Shown one piece after another: positions 1 to 9,492 of a stretch of 64,000 nucleotides of DNA. Origin of the DNA: an uncultured Nitrosomonas sp. Its GTDB lineage: Bacteria > Pseudomonadota > Gammaproteobacteria > Burkholderiales > Nitrosomonadaceae. How positions within the stretch are numbered: the first letter of the stretch is position 1; every line of letters starts with the position of its first letter. Made by a program: the position numbers and the translations under genes. Location: the NCBI GenBank assembly GCA_964554625.1, contig CAZKPL010000001.1, positions 10,876 through 74,875 of the forward strand. Reading direction: 5' to 3'. The notes under the pieces were generated by a model, which worked only from the letters and a program-made list of their open reading frames with translations, was not told where the DNA came from and did not search any database.

Positions 1-148
1 CATCGCAATCGCCCGACGGCGTGTTGTGCAGCGTAGTGATGCTCGTGATTCCTGAATCGGGAAAGATAGAACAGTAGAAATTTGCCGCTTCCCTTGCTTC
101 TTTGTCGAACCAAAGATGCGGAATGATCTTGTTTCTGATCACTGCCAT
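1..148 (-). CDS. VOC/PhnB-like (3-demethylubiquinone-9 3-methyltransferase-domain family) protein, N-terminal part only, runs off window
   Basis: Own minus-strand translation from ATG at 146-148: [55 protein letters not shown] lies 6 nt upstream. The I-x-P-x-LWFD...EAA.FY.SIF opening is typical of this family. Confidence 0.7.
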   Translation of the reverse strand, partial: MAVIRNKIIPHLWFDKEAREAANFYCSIFPDSGITSITTLHNTPSGDCD

Positions 149-310
149 CGTATTCCTCCTTAATAAGGCTAACGTTTAAGCTCAGGGCCGTCGGCCCTGC
201 AGTGAGTTGTTATGCGCGTACGCTAATGAGTTTTGACTTCGTTCAACACGCCATCTTTCAGTAGAAACTCCAAGGTCGTTACAGTGCGCCAAGCGAGCTT
301 ATAGCTTAAC

Positions 311-567
311 AGTTAAGAAGATTTTCCCAATGTACAGGATTTAAAGAGCATATCGACGGTTTGGTTATGTTGTTTACGCAATGCCTTGGCTTGCAGCTTA
401 TGAGCGGTGATGATGTTCTGGAGATACACCGCGTGTTTTCGTCCGCTTTGGGACGCGTCAAAGCTTTTTATAGGTTACCCCCCAAGCTTCCTGAGCGCCA
501 GAAAAATAGCGTTCTGCACCACACCAAAACGGGCAGCATGCTCGTACTGGCGAGTGCAGTGATCGAC
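311..567 (-). mobile_element. IS630/Tc1-family transposase relic: HTH fragment fused to C-terminal fragment, with frame breaks
   Basis: Minus-strand translation gives IDHCTRQYEHAARFGVVQNAIFLALRKLGG-stop. In another frame it gives VYLQNIITAHKLQAKALRKQHNQTVDMLFKS. The 3-prime part, from cagttaagaa through gagcatatcg.cggtttgg, is homologous at nucleotide level to 7845-7925. Confidence 0.55.
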
Positions 568-2460
568 TCACAATTCAACCTGTGTTCCCAGCTCAATTAC
601 ACGGTTAGCTGGGATCTTGAACAGTGTCATGGCGCTAGAGGCATTGCGAGCCATCGCAATAAAAAGCTTCCCACGCCACGGCATCATACCCGGAAGATCA
701 GTGGGGATAAGGGTTTCGCGGCTGAGAAAGAAGGAGGTCTCAAGCATATTGAACTTCACTCCTAGCGATTCACATTGAGCCAGCGTTGCTGGAACATCGG
801 GTTCATCCTTGTAACCGAAATGGAAGAGCGCACGATAGAAGCCGTTTCCCAGCGAGGTCATTTCGGTGCGTTCATTCACAGGTATAAACGGAACATCAGC
901 AGTGACCACCGTCAGCAGCACTACTTGTTCATGCAGCACCTTGTTATGCGCCAGGTTATGAAGCAGGGCATGAGGCACACCAGTGGATCGGGTAGTCAAG
1001 AAGACTGCTGTGCCCGGCACTTTGATCGGTGGATGCTTTGCGATATTGGTAACGAAAAAATCAATATCGATTGCATCAGCCTGAAGACGTTGAATCAGAA
1101 CGTTTCGTCCTTTCTTCCAAGTGACCAGTAAGGTAAAGATAGCTGTTGCGATGAGCAGCGGGAACCAGCCACCGTGAATCACTTTCATGAGATTGGCGCT
1201 GACAAAGGCCAGGTCAATCACGAGGAAAACGGCGATGATTGCCGCTGCTGCTGCCCAATGCCAGCGCCACAGGCCATAAATCACAAAGAAGACCAATAGC
1301 GTATCAATGGCCATGGTAGCGGTTACGGCTATGCCATAGGCTGCCGCCAGATTACTGGAGGAACCAAACCCCACTACCAGCGCCACCACTCCCAACATTA
1401 GCAGCCAGTTCACAAACGGGATGTAGATCTGCCCCACTGCGCGCTCCGAAGTGTGCAGCATCTGCATCCGGGGAATATAACCAAGCTGGATAGCCTGCCG
1501 GGTGACCGAGAAGGCGCCTGTGATCACTGCTTGCGAAGCAATGACCGTTGCCGCTGTGGCAAGGGCAATTATGGGATAGAGCGCCCATGAGGGAGCCATC
1601 AGATAGAATGGATTGCGCGCTGCCATTGGATCACTGAGCAGCAACGCTCCTTGGCCAAAATAATTTAGCAGCAACGCCGGCCAGACAAATCCAAACCAGG
1701 CAAACTGGATCGGCCGCCGGCCAAAATGGCCCATGTCAGTATAAAGCGCCTCAGCCCCTGTGATCGCTAGCACCACAGTGCCCAGCACCAGAAATCCAAA
1801 CCACCCATGATTTAGCAGTAGGTCGATACCATAGACCGGATTTATTGCCTTGAACACAAGAGGGTGCTGGATGATGTTGATTACCCCCAGGAGCGCCAAT
1901 ACCAGAAACCAACCTGCCATGATGGGACCAAACAGCCTCCCCACCCCGGCAGTGCCGCGCGGCTGAAACAGAAACAATAACACCAAAACAGCCAGCGCCA
2001 GAGGAATAACCCAAGACTCGAGTGCCGGAGCCGTAACCGCTATCCCTTCCACAGCGCTAAGTACCGAGATGGCCGGAGTAATCATGCCATCTCCATAAAA
2101 GAGCGCCGCGCCAAACAATCCAAGTGAAGCCAAGAGCCAGCGTAGCCGTGCATTGTCTTTCTCTATCCGCTGCGTCAGGGCAATCAGCGCCATGATGCCG
2201 CCTTCTCCCTTGTTGTCAGCGCGCATCATGAAAAGCACATACTTGAGTGACACCACAATAGTCAGCGCCCAGCAGACCAGCGAGAGAACACCCAGGATGT
2301 TTTCTGGCTCCGGTGAAAGGGCATGCGCGCCATTGAAAGCCTCCTTCATGGCATAGAGGGGGCTGGTGCCAATGTCGCCGTAGACGACGCCTATTGCTCC
2401 CACCATGAGCGGTAGCATGATATTTTTGCTGGAAAGCTGAGGGGGTTGGGATATTGTCAT
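568..2460 (-). CDS. kup: KUP-family potassium uptake transporter
   Basis: 630 aa ORF. N-terminal GAIGVVYGDIGTSPLYAMKE signature, about 12 hydrophobic segments, and the typical cytoplasmic C-terminal domain. Confidence 0.95.
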   Translation of the reverse strand: MTISQPPQLSSKNIMLPLMVGAIGVVYGDIGTSPLYAMKEAFNGAHALSPEPENILGVLSLVCWALTIVVSLKYVLFMMRADNKGEGGIMALIALTQRIEKDNARLRWLLASLGLFGAALFYGDGMITPAISVLSAVEGIAVTAPALESWVIPLALAVLVLLFLFQPRGTAGVGRLFGPIMAGWFLVLALLGVINIIQHPLVFKAINPVYGIDLLLNHGWFGFLVLGTVVLAITGAEALYTDMGHFGRRPIQFAWFGFVWPALLLNYFGQGALLLSDPMAARNPFYLMAPSWALYPIIALATAATVIASQAVITGAFSVTRQAIQLGYIPRMQMLHTSERAVGQIYIPFVNWLLMLGVVALVVGFGSSSNLAAAYGIAVTATMAIDTLLVFFVIYGLWRWHWAAAAAIIAVFLVIDLAFVSANLMKVIHGGWFPLLIATAIFTLLVTWKKGRNVLIQRLQADAIDIDFFVTNIAKHPPIKVPGTAVFLTTRSTGVPHALLHNLAHNKVLHEQVVLLTVVTADVPFIPVNERTEMTSLGNGFYRALFHFGYKDEPDVPATLAQCESLGVKFNMLETSFFLSRETLIPTDLPGMMPWRGKLFIAMARNASSAMTLFKIPANRVIELGTQVEL

Positions 2461-2898
2461 GATATGAGAAATTGGGCGGGCAATGTATTTGCCAGTCTAT
2501 ACCAATTAATTGAAGATTTTTGAAATAGTGTGATGCGACTTGAATTTAACTTTATTCAGTTCGATATCCACCTTTGGCTTTACTCTCTTTTGTAAAGAAA
2601 CAGCCTATGGAGTCCGTGCCCAGTCACAATCAGTGCCCGTCAACCTCAGGTATGATACGCCCTGCATGCGTCGACAACAGGGTGTTAACCAGATGGGGCC
2701 ACGAAGATGAAGGGCAGCAACTCCTGCTTTCTCTGAATTTCAGCTTTAACAGGCTGTTGAAAAACTACCTGCATTGCCGCTGTGGTGTTAAAAACAGGCT
2801 CAGAATGCTCATTTATTGGGTACAAGCTCCGTTTTTTCGCCTGTTTTTGCCTTGCATCGGCTGCCTCGAATACGTTTTTCAACGGCCAGTTAACCGTC

Positions 2899-3177
2899 CT
2901 ATTTCTTGGCAACTGCGCTCTTGAAAGTTGCGCCGGCAGTGAATTTTGGTACAGTTGTTGCAGCGATGGAAAGCTTCTCGCCTGTCTTGGGGTTCTTGCC
3001 TTCACGGGCAGCACGCTGGGCTATTTTAAACGAACCGAAACCGGGTAGTGATATATCCTCACCATTGGCAATAGTTTCAACAATGGTATCCAGCACTGCA
3101 TTCACGGCCCGTCCTGCATCGGCTTTGGTTAAATTGGTGCGAACGGCAATTTGTTCAATCAGTTCTGTCTTGTTCAT
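2899..3177 (-). CDS. hupB: HU family DNA-binding protein
   Basis: 92 aa, MNKTELIEQIA...GFGSFKIAQRAAREGKNPKTGEKLSIAATTVPKFTAG. Classic HU/IHF fold signature. Confidence 0.95.
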   Translation of the reverse strand: MNKTELIEQIAVRTNLTKADAGRAVNAVLDTIVETIANGEDISLPGFGSFKIAQRAAREGKNPKTGEKLSIAATTVPKFTAGATFKSAVAKK

Positions 3178-3400
3178 GCTGAGAGTGCTCCTGTTAATTG
3201 AGAAACGCGCAGTATAACCGTTTGGATTTTATTTTCATCATGAAACTGATGATAAAGCCCTCATCGAAATTCTTTTATGGAATCAGATCGGCAGTTGCTG
3301 GCAATGGATTTGCCATCACTCCACTCTCTCAGGAATTGGAGTCTCCGATAAACCCGGAACGATTCAACAAATCATTGTTATTCGCTAAATGAGTGTTTTA

Positions 3401-3421
3401 TACTGAACAACTCATCATGTA
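3401..3421 (+). promoter_or_regulatory. Degenerate SOS(LexA)-box-like sequence upstream of the umuD-like relic
   Basis: TACTGAACAACTCATCATGTA versus consensus TACTG-N10-CAGTA. The left half is perfect; the right half has one inserted base. Confidence 0.2.
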
Positions 3422-3436
3422 CTCAAAGTACCTGTC

Positions 3437-3793
3437 ATGACAACCGTCATTTCATTCGCTTCTTCTGGCCTATCAATGCTGCCTTATCTACAGCAAGTTG
3501 AGATTGATTCTGTTGTCGTGTGCATGCTACCCCCATTACCGTATCGCATTCCCGCCAATTTTTCCTTGCCTGCGGACGAAGATGCCGAGAAAGGCTTGAA
3601 TCTTGATACTTATCTGGTGCGCAATAAAGCGGCAACGCATTTCTTTCGTGAAGCTGGGGATTTCATGGCTATCTGCGCGAAATTCTCGCGGATAGCCGAT
3701 ATGGCGAACGGGCGCCGGTCAGCGATGCTGCCGCATTGGCGACAGGTATCGCGCGCTGATGCCAAAGTTTCATTTGTTGACCCGGTAGATTGA
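3437..3793 (+). pseudogene. umuD/LexA-like S24 peptidase relic (N-terminal half only, catalytic Ser replaced)
   Basis: IPANFSLPADEDAEKGLNLDTYLVRNKAATHFFREAGDFM aligns with UmuD [37 protein letters not shown]. The nucleophile Ser is Phe here. Family similarity stops after this point, and no Lys-containing C-terminal half is present. Confidence 0.55.
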
Positions 3794-3798
3794 CGATC

Positions 3799-5010
3799 AT
3801 GGCAGCCCTGCCGATCTGCTCGCTCGCGATGATTGTGCGCACACTCGAGGGAGGTGGAATGCAGCGCATCGTTCTACTGTTGGCTGAAGCGTTTGCGAAG
3901 ACCGGCATTCAGGTCGAGGTCCTGACGGGCCATGACGCCGGAACGATCTCCAAGCTGCCGCCAGGTGTGAGCATTCGATGTCTGCCTCGCAGCAATGTGC
4001 TCTCCAGCGACCTTGCATTGCTCAAGGCGCGTCCTCACGATGCGCTCCGACTATTGCCCCTTCTGACGCCCCTGAAGCCGGACATGTTCCGGCGCCTCCC
4101 TGCGCTTATAGAATATCTGCGTACTGCGAGGCCCAACGCTATTCTAGCAGCAGGAACACAGTCCAATCTTGCGGCAATCATCGCACGCGCCGCCGCCGGC
4201 ATCCCTGCCCGGCTGGTAGTCAGCGAGCACAATACGCTGTCAGTCGTGGCGCACCGTGGCCACGGCGTGTTTCGCCGGGCCTACCCTGGACTCGTCCGGC
4301 GCTTCTACCGGGAAGCCGACGCGATCGCTGCCGTATCCCGCGGCGTAGCGCAGGATCTGGCGCAGGCAGCGGCTCTTCCCGAGGAACGGATTACGCTGAT
4401 CTATAACCCTGTCGATACTGAAGCGATTGTCCATGCCGGTGAAATGCCGGCCGAGCATCCCTGGCTCACTGACCGCTCTCGTCCAATTATTCTCGGCGTC
4501 GGTCGCCTGCACCGCCAGAAGGATTTCCCCACGCTTATTCGTGCCTTTGCCATCGCGCGCAAGGAACGTGATCTGCGGCTGGCTATTCTGGGTGAGGGCG
4601 GCGAACGCAAGAAGCTCGAGATGCTTTGCCACCAACTCGGCGTACAAGACGCTATTCTTATGCCTGGCTTCGTCGACAACCCTTTCGCCTGGATGAGTCG
4701 CGCCTCGCTATTTGTCTTGTCGTCGGCATGGGAGGGCTTTGCGCTAGTGCTGACGGAAGCGTTGGCGAGCGGATGCCCCGTGATCAGTACCGATTGTCCG
4801 AGCGGCCCGCGCGAGATCCTGCAGGACGGCGCCTACGGCCCGCTGGTACCGATCGGAGATCCTGAAGCAATGGCGAACGCGATACTTACAACCCTAGCGG
4901 CTCCTCCGGACGCGGCACGCTTACGGGCACGCGCTGCCGAGTTTTCGGTCGACGCCACCGTCGCAGGCTATCGCAGACTGCTGGAAGATGCGACAGTCGC
5001 TGCCAAGTAA
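3799..5010 (+). CDS. GT4-family glycosyltransferase (GC-rich, probably horizontally acquired)
   Basis: ORF 3790-5010. TLEGGGMQRIVLLLAEAF N-terminal glycine motif, and a C-terminal GT-B part: GRLHRQKDF, LFVLSSAWEGFALVLTEALASGCPVISTDCPSGPREIL. Start ambiguous between TTG 3790, ATG 3799 and ATG 3829. Confidence 0.85.
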   Translation: MAALPICSLAMIVRTLEGGGMQRIVLLLAEAFAKTGIQVEVLTGHDAGTISKLPPGVSIRCLPRSNVLSSDLALLKARPHDALRLLPLLTPLKPDMFRRLPALIEYLRTARPNAILAAGTQSNLAAIIARAAAGIPARLVVSEHNTLSVVAHRGHGVFRRAYPGLVRRFYREADAIAAVSRGVAQDLAQAAALPEERITLIYNPVDTEAIVHAGEMPAEHPWLTDRSRPIILGVGRLHRQKDFPTLIRAFAIARKERDLRLAILGEGGERKKLEMLCHQLGVQDAILMPGFVDNPFAWMSRASLFVLSSAWEGFALVLTEALASGCPVISTDCPSGPREILQDGAYGPLVPIGDPEAMANAILTTLAAPPDAARLRARAAEFSVDATVAGYRRLLEDATVAAK

Positions 5011-5241
5011 ATCAAAATTACTCCATTATTAACATTGAGACTATAGAACAACCTTATTTCCCCCTCTTTTCCCTGGTCATTTTGAGATCATTCCATCCAT
5101 CAGATTTATCTCAAGGCAAGCAAGAGCGTGTGAGCCCGGTTCATGGCTGATCAAACCGAAGCAATATAATGGGTACGGTCACGGATCATAATAGAGAGCG
5201 ACAGCGAAGACCAGCAATCAACGTCTATGGCCTTCACCCAC

Positions 5242-6342
5242 TTAGAAGGGTTTAATCGCCACCTTCAAGACACCATCCCGCTGGTTCGCGAACAGATCGT
5301 ACGCGGAGACGATGTCATCCAATTTGTAATGATGCGTCACCAGCGCCTCGAGATCGACACGACCAGATTCAACTACGTTCAACAGTCTACGCATACGCTC
5401 TTTGCCCCCTGGGCAGAGCGCCGTATTAATACGATGATCGCCCAAACCTGCGGAGAATGCGGATAACGGAATGGTCAGGTCGCTGGAATAGACACCGAGA
5501 CTCGACAACGTGCCACCTGGTTTCAGTACGCGCAGCGCTGATTCAAAGGTCGCTTGAGTACCTAACGCTTCAATGGCCGCATCGACTCCCCGGCCCCCGG
5601 TGAGTTTCATGATCTCGCTGACAACATCGCAGTTCTTGAAGTTCATAGTAACGTCGGCGCCCATCATTTTCGAGATACCCAGGCGATGATCATTACCGTC
5701 AATGGCGATGATGGTAGTAGCTCCCAGCAAGCGCGCGCCGGCCGTCGCACACAAGCCAATCGGGCCTTGTGCGAATACCACGACCGTGTCGCCGATCTTG
5801 ATATTGGCGTTTTCCGCACCTTTGAATCCAGTGGACATGATGTCCGGACACATTAGCACTTGCTCATCAGTCAAACCATCGGGAACGGGTGCAAGATTGG
5901 CCTGTGCATCCGGGACCAGAACGTACTCCGCCTGAGTCCCGTCGATCAGATTGCCAAAGCGCCATCCCGCCGTCGCCTTATAGCCGTGGGATCCGCATTG
6001 CCCTGTCGGAATCAGGTAGCTGCCATCCTGGGAGGGGTAGCCATCCTGGCAAGCGTAGGAAGTGAAACTGGGGCAAATCGCGCCAGCGATCACGCGCTGG
6101 CCCTCCTTGTATCCCTGAACCGCACTTCCAAGTTTTTCTATCACCCCCACAGGTTCATGACCGACAGTCAGACCCTTGGCTACTGGATATTCTCCTTTGA
6201 GAATGTGAACATCCGTGCCACAGATGGTGGTTGTGGTTATTCTCACCAACGCATCGTTGGGACCAATATCCGGAATGGGTTTGTCAACCAGCTCAATCCG
6301 GCCAGGGCCAATGAATACAGCCGCTTTCATCATGGCAGTCAT
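5242..6342 (-). CDS. Zn-dependent NAD(P) alcohol dehydrogenase (medium-chain, secondary-ADH-like)
   Basis: 366 aa. ICGTDVHILKGEYP and GHEPVGVIEKLG zinc motifs, and a GPIGLCA Rossmann motif. AAGGAGA lies 5 nt before the ATG. Confidence 0.9.
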   Translation of the reverse strand: MTAMMKAAVFIGPGRIELVDKPIPDIGPNDALVRITTTTICGTDVHILKGEYPVAKGLTVGHEPVGVIEKLGSAVQGYKEGQRVIAGAICPSFTSYACQDGYPSQDGSYLIPTGQCGSHGYKATAGWRFGNLIDGTQAEYVLVPDAQANLAPVPDGLTDEQVLMCPDIMSTGFKGAENANIKIGDTVVVFAQGPIGLCATAGARLLGATTIIAIDGNDHRLGISKMMGADVTMNFKNCDVVSEIMKLTGGRGVDAAIEALGTQATFESALRVLKPGGTLSSLGVYSSDLTIPLSAFSAGLGDHRINTALCPGGKERMRRLLNVVESGRVDLEALVTHHYKLDDIVSAYDLFANQRDGVLKVAIKPF

Positions 6343-6531
6343 AACTTTCTCCTTAATTATAGTTGAACATAATCATTGTTTTGGGGCGACGAAGATTCCT
6401 GTGGTCTGTAACGTTATGGGTCATCACATATGAAATATCGAGAATACTTGCGCGATCATCAGAGAATTTGGAAAAAATAACGTCGATTTCTTGTATAGTT
6501 AGCCGCGCTATCCTTCTGAAAACAATCCAAA

Positions 6532-7431
6532 TCAAATCATTTCACTTCGTGGCTTGTGACAAGGATGATCAGTTCCCCCTCGAAGATATTTACGCAAAAA
6601 AGCAGACACCTTGGCTTCATATTCTCTGGGATTATGTTCATGAAGATTGACATGGGCAGCACCCTCGACGATCCACAGCTCCTTTGGCTGATTGGCCGAT
6701 TCAAACAGGCGTTGAGTCTCTGCTACGGTGGGATGCCGATCTTCTGCGCCCGACACGATGAGCGCCGGGCTACATAATGCAGGAAGATTAGCAATAGGAC
6801 GAAGCTGGTCTGCTGTGACGCCCAGTCGAAAGGGTAGCTGCCAAAGAAATAGCGGTGTAAACAGTCCCCCGAGTGGACCAAGCCGCTTCTCAAGCCTGCG
6901 AGTAATCGCCTCCTCAATGGTCAGATACATCGATTCCAGCACCACGGCACTGGGAGCAGGCGACACTTTCGAAAGCACGAGCGATGCAGCGCCTAGCGAA
7001 ACGCCAATCACCGCGATCTTTTCATCCGGGAATGTCTCTGTCAGATAGCGCATGGCAGCTTTGACTCCCTCAGCCTCCTGATAACCGAAGGTGATACGTT
7101 CACCACGGCTTTCACCGTGAGCAGGAAGATCGATGAGCATAATCGAGTAACCCGCCTGAAAGAGAAATCGAGCACGCCCAAGCATCTGACGTCGATCACC
7201 ACGCACACCATGGAGTAATAAAACAATACCCAGTCCCGGTGTACCGCGTGCAAACCACCCTGAAACCGATTCGTTCGACAAGCTTTGCAAGGTAACGGAC
7301 TCAGCGTGCAGTTCGATAGGCGCAGCGCCAACGGATCCGTTAGCAGGCCGGCTGAGCACGTCGCCAGCACCTATAACTAGCAGACCAAACACTGCGGTAA
7401 AAGTTGTCAGCGTGATAAAGATCTGATACAT
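6532..7431 (-). CDS. Membrane-anchored alpha/beta hydrolase
   Basis: 299 aa. N-terminal hydrophobic anchor, HGVRGDRR oxyanion region, GVSLGA nucleophile elbow, and a C-terminal GAAHVN His region. Confidence 0.8.
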   Translation of the reverse strand: MYQIFITLTTFTAVFGLLVIGAGDVLSRPANGSVGAAPIELHAESVTLQSLSNESVSGWFARGTPGLGIVLLLHGVRGDRRQMLGRARFLFQAGYSIMLIDLPAHGESRGERITFGYQEAEGVKAAMRYLTETFPDEKIAVIGVSLGAASLVLSKVSPAPSAVVLESMYLTIEEAITRRLEKRLGPLGGLFTPLFLWQLPFRLGVTADQLRPIANLPALCSPALIVSGAEDRHPTVAETQRLFESANQPKELWIVEGAAHVNLHEHNPREYEAKVSAFLRKYLRGGTDHPCHKPRSEMI

Positions 7432-7844
7432 GATTGATATGAATGTTTGAGGTTAACTGATCATTGGTCACTGAAGGCCGTCAAGAATCTGCAAGCATAG
7501 TTTGCAGGTATCCACCAGATCGGATGGCGAAGTCGAGTTGGCGGGATGTTCACCGGTGAAGGATGCAATATCGCCGCATGGGTGCCAAGGAAAATAAGAG
7601 TTTGAATGGCATAGATCATTTCACGTTATGAATTATGAATGACGAACTGACAAGGTTATCAAAAACCGCACCTGTTTTCCCGATAGGAATCGATGGTAAT
7701 GGATTTCCGTCACCTTACCAAGCACCGCCGATGCTCATAGCTGAATACTGCCTCATACCTTAATACATCAATTCCTTATCCAGCGCATAGCCGCATCGCG
7801 CGCCAGCAGACCGATGTCAATGAAAACGCAAGCTCATATCTGGC

Positions 7845-8006
7845 CAGTTAAGAATGATTCAGAATATATGGGATTGAAGAGCATATCGCCGGTTTGGCTT
7901 TGTTGTTTAAGCAAGGCTTTTACCTGCGCCGACGTATGCTCGAGGGGATTGAGATCAGAAGAACAAACGGACAGGTATTCAAGGGCGTGCCCGGCGTTTT
8001 GCTGGC
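7845..8006 (-). mobile_element. IS630/Tc1-family transposase C-terminal relic
   Basis: Minus-strand translation QQNAGHALEYLSVCSSDLNPLEHTSAQVKALLKQQSQTGDMLFN is a decayed version of the YLPPYSPDLNPIE DDE-region signature. It shares its end sequence with the relic at 311-567. Confidence 0.6.
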
Positions 8007-8072
8007 TAAGAAATTATTTTATTTCTATATTGAAAATGGATGACGGGAAAATCATACCTATCTTTTACTAAA

Positions 8073-8091
8073 CCCCCAGCATAGCTGGGGG
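8073..8091 (-). terminator. Hairpin downstream of the smbP-like gene
   Basis: CCCCCAGC-ATA-GCTGGGGG, a perfect 8 bp stem. On the minus strand it is followed by TTTAGT. Confidence 0.5.
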
Positions 8092-8110
8092 CACATGCTT
8101 TTTGCCACGA

Positions 8111-8461
8111 CTAATGAGGAGATTTGGCGCCAGATTCACGCATATGACTCATGGCTTCTTCGACATGCTGGGTGGCCACATCGGCATGACCCATCTCAGC
8201 ATGCTTGATACCTTCTTCTAAATGCTTGATAGCCTCATCCATATGAGCATCAGCCCCCGATGCGCTCGCGGCTTTAGCGTGTTCCAGACTTTCCTTGGCA
8301 TGATCGAGGACATCCTTGGCATGACCCATTTTTCCATGTTTCACGGCCTCCTCAGCATGTTCCAATGCTTCCGCCTTATGGCCAGCATCTGATGCAAAAG
8401 TCTGAGTGCTCAAGAAAAATGTTAACATTCCAATTGCAATTATAGTTGATATCGCTTTCAT
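8111..8461 (-). CDS. smbP: Small periplasmic His-rich metal-binding protein (SmbP-like)
   Basis: Signal peptide ending FLSTQTFA. The mature part is built of repeated helical H-x-x-E/A units: [31 protein letters not shown]...[33 protein letters not shown] spacing favours the second ATG (8461) over 8467. Confidence 0.75.
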   Translation of the reverse strand: MKAISTIIAIGMLTFFLSTQTFASDAGHKAEALEHAEEAVKHGKMGHAKDVLDHAKESLEHAKAASASGADAHMDEAIKHLEEGIKHAEMGHADVATQHVEEAMSHMRESGAKSPH

Positions 8462-8755
8462 GACCATTACTCCTTATTCTGTTTAAGATTAATAATGTCA
8501 AAACACTCTTGATCGTGCTATCCAACTCTGCAACTGCCAGAAAAGAGCCAGTCCGCTTAATATTCTTTTCAGACTTAACAGCACGCATTTTCTTTATAAC
8601 ATATATTGTAAGAAAACAATATTGCCAATGTGACTAAACCGTCCATAAAAGCAATGAATTTGAATCTCGGCCGCCCATGAAGTGGTTAGCTGTTGTAAAG
8701 TAATACAGATAGATTTCTACTCTTCTCATTATCATCATTTTTATTACGAATACCC

Positions 8756-9478
8756 ATGACATCCGCTGAATCGACGGCCATTTTCACGCGCTCCTGGTCA
8801 TTGTACGATCTGATCACAGAGCATAACTACATGTTCCATCAGGAGATCTATAGCGGAGTTTGTGATCTCCTCAAGCTACGTAATGATCCCGGGCAATATC
8901 GCCTGCTGGATTTAGGATGTGGCAATGCACGCTATTTGGCGCCCTGTCTGAAGCGGTCTCCTCCCTCGCTGTATGAGGGAGTGGATTTATCCGAGGCGGC
9001 GCTTGCTGAGGCGCACGGCTATCTGGCAGGGTTTCCTGGTCCGGTTACACTGACGCACAGCGATCTGCTGGAAACAATCGAGTCGACCGACAAAACCTGG
9101 GACGTCATCTTTACGGGGTTTGCTGTCCATCATCTCATGCCCGAGGAAAAGGCGCGCTTTTTCCGTGCAGCCGGGCGCTGCCTCGCAGAAAGCGGCTGGT
9201 TGATTCTGGTAGATGTCGTGCGTGAGGAAAACCAAAGCAGGGAAAATTACCTGGAAGGTTATCTGAAATTCATGCGTGAAAACTGGATCAAAATACCTCC
9301 GGATCAATTGGAGGAAGCCTGCATGCATGTGCAGGGCTATGACTACCCGGAATGTCTTTCCACTTTGCAGGAAATGGCGCGAGCCGCCGGTTTGAACGCC
9401 AATCGTATGATCAGTCGTTACGGTCAGCACTATACACTTTTATTTGCGCGCTCCAGCCTGCCAGAAATCCATTACTAG
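8756..9478 (+). CDS. Class I SAM-dependent methyltransferase
   Basis: 240 aa. Motif I LLDLGCGNARY and post-I EGVDLS. Confidence 0.8.
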   Translation: MTSAESTAIFTRSWSLYDLITEHNYMFHQEIYSGVCDLLKLRNDPGQYRLLDLGCGNARYLAPCLKRSPPSLYEGVDLSEAALAEAHGYLAGFPGPVTLTHSDLLETIESTDKTWDVIFTGFAVHHLMPEEKARFFRAAGRCLAESGWLILVDVVREENQSRENYLEGYLKFMRENWIKIPPDQLEEACMHVQGYDYPECLSTLQEMARAAGLNANRMISRYGQHYTLLFARSSLPEIHY

Positions 9479-9492
9479 TCCATTAAATCATT

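Noticed and set aside
183-199. Perfect hairpin CAGGGCC-GTC-GGCCCTG between the VOC-like gene start and the IS relic.
   Set aside because: No U-tract follows on either strand, so it is not a convincing intrinsic terminator. It could be a REP-like element, but I saw no second copy in the window.
361-765. 134 aa plus-strand ORF spanning the IS relic and the kup 3-prime end.
   Set aside because: It is antisense to the well-supported kup and to the transposase relic. It has no motif and no RBS.
2461-2898. 440-nt non-coding stretch downstream of hupB, examined for a tRNA or small gene (tRNAs often follow hupB).
   Set aside because: No T-loop GGTTCGA/TCGAACC motif with flanking stems and no acceptor-like pairing was found. 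The ORFs there (2574-2924, 2685-3014) have implausible Cys/Arg-rich products or overlap hupB.
5860-6366. Long antisense ORFs inside strong genes. Examples: 5860-6366 in the ADH gene, 15867-16502 in devC, 54918-55424 in plsC, 12612-13043 in the ATPase gene, and 8987-9430 in the methyltransferase gene.
   Set aside because: Each lies opposite a gene with clear family motifs. The products have atypical Arg/Cys/His-rich compositions, as expected from antisense reading.
8724-8747. AT-rich TCTCATTATCATCATTTTTATTAC just upstream of the methyltransferase start, which resembles a Fur box.
   Set aside because: My best manual alignment to GATAATGATAATCATTATC gives only about 12 of 19 matches in an AT-rich context. 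That is not distinguishable from chance.
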